Below the pieces are notes generated by a model, which worked only from the letters and a program-made list of their open reading frames with translations, made no database searches and was not told where the DNA came from. Both the position numbers and the translations under genes were made by a program. Of a stretch of 64,000 nucleotides of DNA, positions 1 through 9,900 are shown in pieces. This stretch comes from Lepidodermella squamata (lineage: Eukaryota > Animalia > Gastrotricha). The DNA is taken from NCBI GenBank assembly GCA_047495785.1, contig JBLDXI010000018.1, forward strand, positions 1 through 64,000. The letters run 5' to 3'. Positions within the stretch are counted from its first letter, which is position 1; every line of letters starts with the position of its first letter.

Positions 1-384
1 CATCTCGTGAGAGTGTCGCAAGAATTTACTATACAAACCGACTTTTTCTGTCGGTGATTGTGTTAGAATTAGTCGTGTAAAGGATTTATTTCACAAAGAA
101 GGAGATTTCATTTTTACTGAAGAATATTTTTTTATCGACCGCATAGATACTTGTACCATCCCCGACAAGTATTATCTCCGTGATACTCTGAATAAGCGTA
201 TTCAAGGTAGTTTTTACGATTGGCAGCTTCAGATAGCACATCGCAAGAAACATATTTAATAGAAAAAGTTCTGAAGCATCGCACTATAAATGGCAAGAAA
301 CAGGCTCTTGTGAAATGGCAAAACTGGCCGATTGAAGCCGCTAGTTGGATTGATGCAAACGAGATCAAAACCTTGGCCTCATGA
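1..384 (+). pseudogene. Maverick retroviral-like integrase, C-terminal region plus chromodomain (frameshifted; truncated by the window edge)
   Basis: Frame 2 from 35: KPTFSVGDCVRISRVKDLFHKEGDFIFTEEYF...YYLRDTLNKRIQGSFYDWQLQ, matching the Maverick integrase C-terminal FxVGDxVRIS...GxFY..LQ pattern. After a frameshift near 235-245, frame 1 gives ETYLIEKVLKHRTINGKKQALVKWQNWPIEAASWIDANEI (chromodomain), stop 382-384. Confidence 0.85.
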
Positions 385-578
385 ATAGAGTTCCTACGAC
401 TCCACTCTTAGCTTTCCTACAAAAGCCATCTGTGCGTGTAGGGGGCCTACATTTTTTTCCTTCTAATAACCGTTTGGCTTATAGAAATTTCAAACTATTT
501 ATTCAAAAACTAAGCTCCCCCCTTTTGGCAACAGCGCAATCCTTACTTTAGAAAAGATAGATAAGGATAACATAACAA

Positions 579-1798
579 ATGCTTAGCATCCAGGAGGACT
601 TCTTTATTTATTTACCCTCGAATGCCTCATATTCTCAACATCCGGCGAATACTCCGTCGGATTATCAAGTTGCTCTCCCTGTCCCAATTTGCGTACCCGA
701 TTGCCGTGCTTATGAAGTAGCCCTACTTTGAGGCTACAATTCCTGTTAGGTGGAGTAGCATTGATCGTCATACAGTCTATGTGCTTGATTGTAACTGGCT
801 GAAATCTTTTAAAAACGACATTATTGCTAATTATTTAACAAATCCTGGCTCTTTGCACATCGGATGAAAAGTTTCAACAATCCATGGGAAACTGCTTTAT
901 TAACAAAGTAAATTTCGGAGGTGAATATTTTGCGAATATAACCAAACTAATCGATCACTTAATGAAAAAATATCCATCTCAAGTAGTAATGGCTCTATTT
1001 TTGCTCATTATGATTCAGTCAACAAAAAAACTAAAATTACCTGTAAATGGCCATATTCTATGTTTATACCTTCAGATTCTGCTGGCCTCTTAGGTTTTGT
1101 GTCTCCAATAGAACAGAATACACCGTCTGGAGTTTTCATTTTTCCCAAGGCCCCAAAAAATGACGAGCCAGAATTTAATGAAGTTTCCACTTTTGATATA
1201 AAGTCAACGTATGCCTTGGCATATGCGTGGGAATATGAGCCACCAAATTCGTGAAAATCCACACATTTTATTCAACTCAGTTGGGATTGTTAGGCTTTCT
1301 AGCAGACCAAAACTTAAGGAGGATGCAAATAATGAGACAGCGGCGGTAGAAAATCAAGAAGGCGTAAATTCAGCACAGCACTTTGATTTTTCTGAGCAAA
1401 CAGTAATCACCAAAGATAATGATTTACCGCCTGCCTTTATTTATGCATGCTATGAAGAAAGTGCTACAGCTCAATACAACATTCAGTTGAATTATGGCAA
1501 TAACTCACTGTTCATTTACTGCTCAGTTGCAGCGGATGTTTTTGTTGGAGATTGCCAAGCTAGCCTCCTTCGAATGATAACCTATTCTACGATGGCTTCT
1601 GCTACGGCAAATTCAGACTTGTCATCACATTTTACAGTGATTTATAACTCGGGCCTATATTTACCTTTAAAAGCCAATTTTATAGATTCAATTCAAGTTC
1701 AAATCCGCCGCGATAACGGGGCATTGATCGATTTTGTGGATGGTAGCAAAGTTGTATTGCTACTTCATATTCGCCGAAAAACCGGAGCCTTATATTAA
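579..1798 (+). pseudogene. Maverick minor capsid (penton) protein, several frameshifts in this assembly
   Basis: ATG 579: MLSIQEDFFIYLPSNASYSQHPANTPSDYQVALPVPI...YEVAL (Polinton penton N-terminal motif). C-terminus LFIYCSVAADVFVGDCQASLLRMI...YLPLKANFIDSIQVQIRRDNGALIDFVDGSKVVLLLHIRRK. Frame breaks near 729, 865 and between about 1000 and 1260. Confidence 0.8.
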
Positions 1799-1836
1799 TA
1801 TAAGTGGCTGAGTTCTAATTATTAATATTACCGAAG

Positions 1837-2331
1837 ATGCCCCTAGCTTATTCTAACCAAAACGTTGACAAGTACCAGCAGTTTTTTCTCCGCCAACACT
1901 CCTCCCCGCTGATAGCAGGCTATGGAGCTGGAGCGGGTGCTAACCTGGACCATTTCCGTGGGGCAACAATTCAATTTCCATATCATTATAGGGGTCAGGG
2001 AATAGGAAATATATTAGGTGCCTTTTTCAGAAATTTCTTCCCAGTAATTGCTCCGTCTATTTTTCAACAAGCATTATCTACTGGCCAAAAAATATTAGGT
2101 GATATGCAACAACCTGAGGGCGCTAGACCTAGTTTTACCGAATCCCTTAAGCGTCATGGCACTTCAGGCGCCTTAAACATGGCTAAGGATATTGCTGAAA
2201 CGGCTTTGAAGCAACATCAAGGCGGTGGAGGTGGCCGTAAAAGGCGCCGTCGTCGTGGCCCTAGTAAAACTAGTAGTGTGACTGCAAAACGTAGGCGCCG
2301 TGCTTCTACTACAAAAAAGAAAGGCTTATAA
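1837..2331 (+). CDS. Maverick virion core-like protein with GxG putative adenain sites, amphipathic helix and Arg-rich tail
   Basis: 164-aa ORF between penton and MCP: AGYGAG, YRGQGIGNILGAFFRNFFPVI (amphipathic), QGGGGGRKRRRRR...KRRRR (basic). Confidence 0.8.
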   Translation: MPLAYSNQNVDKYQQFFLRQHSSPLIAGYGAGAGANLDHFRGATIQFPYHYRGQGIGNILGAFFRNFFPVIAPSIFQQALSTGQKILGDMQQPEGARPSFTESLKRHGTSGALNMAKDIAETALKQHQGGGGGRKRRRRRGPSKTSSVTAKRRRRASTTKKKGL

Positions 2332-2413
2332 AAGGAAAAGACGCGCAACAACTAAATCAGTGCTATTTGAAGCGTCTTGAGCCCATTGCTGCGTTTGATT
2401 CTTCAAATTTGTA

Positions 2414-3904
2414 ATGGAAGGCTTTGGAGATAATTTTGTTCACCCAGCCTCAGCCTCTTCAATAGTATTATCTTCAGATTTAGATTTATTTACTGTACCG
2501 CCTTCACAGCTTGCTGAAGAAAACCAAATAAGTATAGATGTTTACCCAATTGCCCCTCTTAATAGTTCACCGAACCTGATTGAGTTTCAAATCGGCCCGT
2601 ACAATGATTATTTGTGTCTGTCACGCATGCAACTGATGCTCAAGTGGAAAGTAGTTAGAACCCCTTCTGAAGCTCGGAAGAAAAATGCTGGCGAAGCTGA
2701 CGATGCATACAACGAGTATAAGGCTAGTCTTTCGGCTACAAATTTACAAAAAGCCCCGCTTTGTTTAGCCCACCACACAATGTTCAAAACATGCGAGATT
2801 TCACTAAATGGGCAACTTTTAAGTGAACAAAATTCATTATACGCTTATCGGGCCTATATTTCAACGCTTTTGTCTCATAATACTGATGCAAAAAACACGA
2901 TATTACAGACACAATTTTGGTATCCTGATACAGCTAAAAAACTGGATAATTTTGACAATTCAAACGAGGGATTTAAAAAACGGTTGGAAATTGTTCAGGG
3001 CGGGAAATCTGTGTGCACCCTGGGACGCCTGTTTGCAGATCCTATGCTGTGTAATAGGCTACTTCTACCTAATGTTGAAGTCCGCATCAAGCTCTATAGG
3101 GCATCTAACAATTTTGCTTTGGTTGGGCCGAGCACAGCTGATCCTCACTCAATCGTCATTGAATCTGCAAAAATTATTGCCCGGGCTGTTGTTGTGTCGC
3201 CGGACATAGTGATTGCTCATACGCGTGCGCTGGAAAAAACTAACGCCAAATATCCTATAATGAGAGTTCGAACAAGGCTTTTTCACATACCAAGTAGTGT
3301 TTTGAGTTACAGTGTAAGTTTGCTCATCGCGCGTTTCTAAGTCAATTTTTAAAACTCTAATGGTTTAACAGATACCACAATGTATTAATGGTAAGCTTCC
3401 AAGGCGTATGTTTTTCTGTTTTTTTGAAGATTCCGCCCTGAATGGAACGGCGGGTAAAAATCCATTGAATGCATTACACAGCCAGCTATCCCGAATATCG
3501 ATTTATTTGGGCAATGAACTACATCACTCAACAGCTCCCTTGGAAATGGATTTTGCAAATGGAGATGTCACCAGAGTCTATTTGGAGCTTCTCAATGCTA
3601 TCAACCCAGATAACCCTTTCAAGGCATCTACGTTAACTATGGATCAGTTTATTAATGGCTTCACAATTTTTGGTTTCGATTTATCGCGCAACTCCTCGTT
3701 GCAAAATTACTCAGTTATACGCACAGGTACCTGCAGAGTAGAGTTGAGTTTTGCTGTTCAAACAACAATTGTTACTCAGCTGTTAGTATTAACTGAAACT
3801 GATTCAGTTTTTGAGGTATCATCTTTTTTCATAAAATTAAAATTGCCTTAAAATTCAAATTTTTTAAGATCACACGAACGCGTGACGTAATTGTTGATTC
3901 TTAA
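2414..3904 (+). CDS. Maverick double jelly-roll major capsid protein, 3 exons (2414-3313, 3372-3815, 3869-3904), 459 aa
   Basis: SDLDLFTVPPSQ, IEFQI, FKTCEISLNG, YAYRAYI motifs. Removing intron 3314-3371 (GTAAGT..ACAG) gives SYS/IPQCINGKLPRRMFF...NGTAGKNP. Removing intron 3816-3868 (GTATCA..TAAG) gives the expected terminus SVFE/ITRTRDVIVDS*. Confidence 0.9.
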
Positions 3905-3914
3905 GCAGTTTTTC

Positions 3915-4478
3915 ATGTACAACAATGAATTGGAAGATTTCATCCGGATTGATCCAGTACTAAAAAAGTTTGACATTTTTGTTGTAGCCGCTGATCAGCT
4001 ACCACAGCAGCTTCCTATTGTGAAAAATAATCCACAATTGATTATCTGTAACACAGGAAATGTATACAATTCTACAGGAAAGCACTGGGTCACACTGTTT
4101 GTTCACAGCGCACAGCATCCTGATGAGCCCTGTGAGTTTTTCGATAGCCTTAACCTTTCCCCTTCCTATCATAACCTCTATATCGACAACTTTTTGAAAG
4201 CGAATAGCCAAACAGAAGTGCCGTACATTCATTGCAATAGGTCTTACCAGCATGTTTTTTCACAAATCTGCGGCTTATGGGCTCTATATTACAGCATGCT
4301 TCGAGCGCGAGGTAAAGACATGCACCAAATTTTGAGGCATTTTGATCAGCTTGGATCAAAGAACAATTTGCTTATAAAAGACTGTGTACTTTATCATAAA
4401 TTTAATACATTATATTCCCACTATGGTCTATCTATGAGACCACTTGAAAGAATAAAACCCTGTAACGTTAGATTATAA
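3915..4478 (+). CDS. Adenain-like cysteine maturation protease
   Basis: IICNT...GKHWVTLF...EFFDSL...YQHVFSQICGLWALYY supplies the His/Asp/Gln/Cys catalytic set; first ATG at 3915. Confidence 0.9.
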   Translation: MYNNELEDFIRIDPVLKKFDIFVVAADQLPQQLPIVKNNPQLIICNTGNVYNSTGKHWVTLFVHSAQHPDEPCEFFDSLNLSPSYHNLYIDNFLKANSQTEVPYIHCNRSYQHVFSQICGLWALYYSMLRARGKDMHQILRHFDQLGSKNNLLIKDCVLYHKFNTLYSHYGLSMRPLERIKPCNVRL

Positions 4479-4481
4479 AGG

Positions 4482-5325
4482 ATGAGTGATTTGCGCTGCT
4501 GCCCTGGCAACATAAATGAAGCTTTGCCTTTTGTTCACCCTAGCACAATTCTCATTGTTGGGCCGTAAGTGACGATGGAAATAAAAGTCAATATATTTTA
4601 GTGTAATTTACTCATCTTCAGGTCGGGGAGCGGTAAAACAAGTCTGGTGCTTCAAATCCTACAGGATGCATTCAGTTTTGAACTTCCTTTTGAGAGAATT
4701 GTCTATTTTTATTCTACTTTCCAACCCATTTACAATGACATAGCCGATGCTGCATTGCAAGTTCACAAAATTAAAGTTGAATTCGTAAATTTAGCAGACA
4801 CAAAAAACAGCAGTAGCGATAGCTTCAGCTTAAAAAATTATATCAACGACAATAACGAGACGCAGCCCCGCTGTTGCCTAGTATTTGATGACGTGTATCG
4901 CCTATTAACTGAAGACGAAACACTGGTACAGCTTTTTTTAGGAGGGCGGCACTTGAATACGACAACCATTCTCCTTCAACAAGTTTTGTTTACTCGAGCA
5001 AAAAATAGCAGGGAAATTCTGGTTTGCCTCAGAAAATTATTGTTTTTTCTTCTATGTATTTTCTATTCTATAGCAAAATGCAAACTATTTATTCTATTTT
5101 CGCTGCATTTCCGACTCTGCAAGCTTTAGATCATATGCACAACGGCGTTCCCCAATGGGCTGGCGAGGCCTTCTTGAAGCGTTGAACCAAGCAACTGCTG
5201 AATCATCTCACACGCCACTGCTACTGGATAATTGTGCAACTACTCCGGATAATCTCCGCATTCGTTCGAGCAATGGCTTCGGTAGTAAACCTGGTTACGC
5301 TTACATTTTAGTCTCAAAGAAATGA
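4482..5325 (+). CDS. Maverick A32/FtsK-like genome-packaging ATPase, 3 exons (4482-4564, 4622-5021, 5074-5325)
   Basis: Removing intron 4565-4621 rebuilds Walker A ILIVGP/SGSGKT; Walker B CLVFDD; GRHLN motif. Removing intron 5022-5073 gives SREIL/QNANYLFYF...LLLD...TPDNLRIRS. Confidence 0.9.
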
Positions 5326-5376
5326 TGATATGTACTATTATAAAAGGATTCATTGCCGCCCAATTTTCGTCGTTAA

Positions 5377-5790
5377 ATGAATAAAGTTATTACCTCAGCA
5401 ACGTCACCATCGTTCAGTCTTGATAAAAAACGGCGGCTTTTTCTTGCATTGAAATGGTTATTGCATGCTCACCCCGGTCAGCGTGCTGATATTTTAGCAA
5501 CTAGCTCTGTTAGCCTTATACGATTTCTTAGCCGTTGCGCCTTGTATTGGCTTCGCAGCACTAGTACTGTTCTGGCCCCTGATTTGGCTAAATTGAAACA
5601 AAAAGGTGTCAATTTGGTCGAGCACAACCGGCAAGTTTTTATTCGACACTGCCTTAATAGCAACAAGAACAATAGGCGAAATAAGGCTTCGAAAGCTTCC
5701 TTTTTTGCAGTTTTACCCACTGTATTGAAATCCTTTGCACCCAGGCTAAAGTTTGATTATTCAGAACTCAAGAGGCTTCTTCGAATCTAA
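5377..5790 (+). CDS. Small basic conserved-type Maverick protein of unknown function
   Basis: 137-aa ORF directly after the ATPase. LxxLxxxxxxQRxxILxxxxxxLIxxLxxC pattern resembles a small conserved Polinton protein. TATAAAAG lies just upstream. Confidence 0.6.
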   Translation: MNKVITSATSPSFSLDKKRRLFLALKWLLHAHPGQRADILATSSVSLIRFLSRCALYWLRSTSTVLAPDLAKLKQKGVNLVEHNRQVFIRHCLNSNKNNRRNKASKASFFAVLPTVLKSFAPRLKFDYSELKRLLRI

Positions 5791-5793
5791 ACT

Positions 5794-6945
5794 ATGCAGC
5801 GAAACTATGCACAGCGCATGACTATTGTTCCACTTGCGACACCTGGGCCAACTCCAGCACAACAACAACAACAACAACCAAACGCGAGCGACTTGATTGC
5901 TGCTAAAACATTGCTGAGCAATCCTCTGCTTTTCAAACTAGTGCAGCTATTACAGTCTTTAGACCGGGATGTGATAAACAACGCTAGTAGTAGTGATAAT
6001 TCAGCCGATTTAGTGCGAAAACGTAACGAACTCATGCATGAGATTATGAATTTGAAGAAGCTGGTAGTTTTACAAGGCAGTAGCCAGCCGCCAGCCGCTA
6101 TTCCAATGTCGCCTGCACCAGCAGATCGAGCAGAATCGAGGCCGCGCTCTCCTCCTCCTCCTCCTCCTCCTCCTCCTCCTCCTCCTCCGCTGCCGCCGCC
6201 GCCGCTTCCTTCTGCTTCTTCTCCTCCTCCTCCTCCTCCTCCAAAAAAACAGCAGCAACAACAACTTGCGCGCCAACAACCTACTAAATTAACATCTAGT
6301 AATTTTGGTCAAGCGGCCGGGCCTAGCTATAACAACTATAACAGAGATTCGGGTATTGGCGGCTTTCAGCAGCAGTTTTCACCTAATACAACGCCACGAC
6401 CTTCAACTGATAATAGCAGCAATTATGAATTTGATGATCTTCAAATGGATTTTCTATTCGCTGCCCCGCAAACATCATCGACTTCTAGCGCTGCAGCCAC
6501 GACCGTCCTCAGCCACGATGATGTTGTTGTTGATCGGCCTAATGATGAGCAGCTGCCTACGAGAGGAGGGACCCCCCGCGCGCGCACCCCCCAGGCCCCT
6601 CGAGACAGCAACACAACAGCAGGGTCGTCTTCGTTTAGCGGCGATGAGGACAGCAGCGGCAGCAATAGTGAAGAGCTGCAAGATGGTGCTGATAATGATG
6701 ATAATCAAGCAGAAAGGCAAGAAGAAGCCGCTGCCGCTGAACCGATGGAAATTGAGCTAGCTGGAGCAGCAACTGCAGCGGCAACGCCACGGAAGGGTCA
6801 AAAGCGCGGTAGAAAGCCACGTTCTATGACTGATCAAACACAAATATCACCACCTGGAAAACTTTTCCGAAGAACGTCACAGCGTAAGATAAATAAAATC
6901 AACAAGTTTCAAGCTGGCACAGGGTTTTGGAGTTTATTCATGTAA
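5794..6945 (+). CDS. Maverick low-complexity protein (helical N-terminus, poly-Pro, acidic tract, KRGRKPR, C-terminal QAGTGFW)
   Basis: 383-aa ORF packed 3 bp after the previous gene and ending 7 bp from the PolB stop. Confidence 0.7.
   Translation: MQRNYAQRMTIVPLATPGPTPAQQQQQQPNASDLIAAKTLLSNPLLFKLVQLLQSLDRDVINNASSSDNSADLVRKRNELMHEIMNLKKLVVLQGSSQPPAAIPMSPAPADRAESRPRSPPPPPPPPPPPPPLPPPPLPSASSPPPPPPPKKQQQQQLARQQPTKLTSSNFGQAAGPSYNNYNRDSGIGGFQQQFSPNTTPRPSTDNSSNYEFDDLQMDFLFAAPQTSSTSSAAATTVLSHDDVVVDRPNDEQLPTRGGTPRARTPQAPRDSNTTAGSSSFSGDEDSSGSNSEELQDGADNDDNQAERQEEAAAAEPMEIELAGAATAAATPRKGQKRGRKPRSMTDQTQISPPGKLFRRTSQRKINKINKFQAGTGFWSLFM
6148..6243 (+). repeat. (CCT)n/(CCG)n microsatellite encoding polyproline
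   Basis: Direct inspection of the tandem CCT runs. Confidence 0.9.
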
Positions 6946-6952
6946 TAATCGA

Positions 6953-9900
6953 TCATTGATCAGCGCTATATCCATGTGGATAAGTTAGAAAGGAAGCATC
7001 GCCGGGGCGTAGCCAACGTTTATCATAGGTTAAACGAATCTTTTTTGTTATATGAACACAATGAATTTCCGATAACGGAGTATGCACTTTTTTAAACTGA
7101 GTCTGATCCAATTCAGCGATGACGCTGTTTTTGTTGTTATCACCCCGGCCCCCGCTTCCGCTGGTTTCGTTATCGTGGAGACTTTGTATTACATGCTTGA
7201 TGAACAAGAAAAAATCGAGAAGACTGCGTGAATGAAAACTTTGACGTATTCCCTGCGCGTGACGTAAATAATAAAAAACAGAGGGCGTAACAACAAGTAG
7301 CAATTACCTTTAACATTAGCTTGGCTTTGCCGTCAGCAAAAAGTAGGGCATATGCCTTACAGCCCAGTACAACCATTGCAATGATGCGTTGCCCTGTATC
7401 AAGCTGATCCGCCAAGCCGCCAAGAACGGGTGTGAACTCAATTTTAGTAATTCCAGGCCCTTGAAGGCAAAAAATTGAATCCGTGTCTAAAACAAAAGAC
7501 AAAAAACGTAGAGATGTTGGTAGCATAAGCGGCGCTATTCTCTAACCGCTGTAGATAGCACTTTTTGGGCCGACTCGGTACAGCTCACGAGCCAGTTTCA
7601 CACGAGCATTAGCTGTTACGAAGGCCGCTGTTATAACTGAGGTGGATCCATTTGGAACGTCGGCATCTTTGGTTGGCCGTGTTACAATTCGCAAGCGAGA
7701 GACATCATCAGAGTTGATGAGTAAGCCTAGTGGTTGAATATCCACAATTTCCAAAGCTGGATTATTTAGCATTTGCTGAAGCAGAAACGGGGATTTGATA
7801 TAATCTGTTCTCTCTAGATTAGAATTCATAGCAAATCGACCAAAAAAGCTGTTCAAAACTAATTTGGCGATCGCGCGTAACCCAGGGTTCTTTTTATCCA
7901 ACTTGGTGCTATCAATCGTTATACCAATGCGTTCCCATTGCTCCAAATACTGTGCTTTTTGTTCACTAGTAGCACAGTTTGGCGGCCAGCCGGAGGATTC
8001 GGCCTTCAAAATGGTGAATCTTTTAATGAAATCTCTGAAAATTGTATTGCTCTTCTTGAACTCCCATATCTAAAAAAAATAACTTGATAGAAGCCATGCA
8101 TGAGTTGGCTAAACAAAATTATTAACCTCGTAGACTTCCAGCAATCTGTAGCCATGAACATCTGTAGCGTACTTCAGTTCCACAGAGCAATACGAACCAA
8201 TCCAGGACCTTTCATAATCAGAATGGGTGCATTCACGGCTTGAAACGCACAAGTTTGGATTTGCAGTCGACGAACAAGCATAGCAACATGAGAACACGAG
8301 CTTGTTTTGTTTACTACGAAAGCAGAGTACAGGTAGCCAGATGTTTTTCGGCGCTAATACCTAGCAAAATAATGTGGTGATGATGAAAGCAGGGAGACGA
8401 TATGTAGATGCGAAGAGCTTACGCGTGCTTGTACGACACCAAAAAAAGATTCCTTTGAATAAATCTCCTGCAGTTTCTCGTTGTTTAATCTGAGATCCAA
8501 GGTGGATACTTTAGGTGGTCCTATTGCATAGTAGCCATCCATCATACAGCTTGGATATAACGAGTTGAAGTCGGCGGAAATTATAGAATAATCGGGCGAT
8601 GGAAATAAGAAGTCCTTGGTTTGCATCCCGCTTTCCTTACAAATTTGAGCAATCTTTTCCAAATTTTGGTCGCCTGAAGTTGAGTGTGATTCGGCAATCA
8701 TAGCCATTAAACGAAAAGCTTCGACCCGCCCTAAAAAGTAGGCATGATGTTTTAATCCCGCGAAGATTAAATAGGGAAAACCTCCAGTTACCTCCAAAGA
8801 AAAACGAACGGCTCTCCATTACATTAGCTATTGTGAGATTATCATAAATCTCCTGTGCTCTCGGGTGTTGTTTGAAACTAGCTCTAATTTCATGCTCCCA
8901 AAAGCTTTGAAGAATGTAACCATTCGAGCGAAACAACTCTTCACGTTCCAAGGTTTGCTTGTAAACTACGCCGTTTGGTTGTCCAGATAGAAAATTTAGT
9001 TGTGAGGCCTCAAAGCATTGCAAGCAGCCATGGACAGCACAACCATGAACCTCGACAATCAGATCGGGTTCACTCGGAATTTTATCACGACGTGCAACAA
9101 AACCGTCGACGCGATAAGGATAACGGTGGCCAGGTATAGATATTCGAACTTCTTGACGTGAGTTCTGAGCGTGTTTCATTGAACCATAAGTTTCAGGGTC
9201 AGACTCCATCAGAAATTGAAGAAAAGCTATCGAGAGCCTGCTGTGTGAATCCTTGCCACAGTAGCCAGCGGTCGGGATGACAGGTAATGTATCCTTCGTA
9301 AGAAACAGCTTGCGGAAGCATGTGCTTGTGAGAGAAGCTAGTGTGATGCATTCTTTAAAGGCATCAGTAGAACACAACTCCAGCATTAGCGCCCGAAATT
9401 TGATTGACGCCTTTTCCAAAACTAGACAATCCTGTATGCAGTATTGCAGTAACGTGTGGCGAACACTGAACCGTTTCAGTTTGTTTTCGTTGTAGAAAGT
9501 TAGAAATTCTGCTCTTTCAGAAGGAGACATTTTGTCAGGCTCATAGTAGATCATATTAGGCAGCTGTGGGAATTCGAGATTGAAACTCGAAGGATTACAG
9601 CGAATTCAATCACAATAGCTCAAGAAGTTGATGATGTACTTACTTTTCTTTAGTGCATAAGACGTAAGGAAAGAAGGTTTTCTTGTCTGGGATTCCCATT
9701 GTTGCTGGTAAATCCCTGTTGTTGAACAAATACCTGTAAGCAATGTAGTTTCTTAGTGTTTCTTAGGTAACCTACCTTAATCTGCATTGAAAAAAGAGAT
9801 ATGAATCCAAAAATCTGATTTTTTGTTGTTTGAAATCAATGCATAGTAGAGATCCCTGCCTTTGAAGAATCTTCACTTTAGAACATCGTGTTTGAATTTC

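Noticed and set aside
6070-6279. Poly-Arg protamine-like ORF on the minus strand
   Set aside because: Antisense reading of the (CCT)n polyproline tract.
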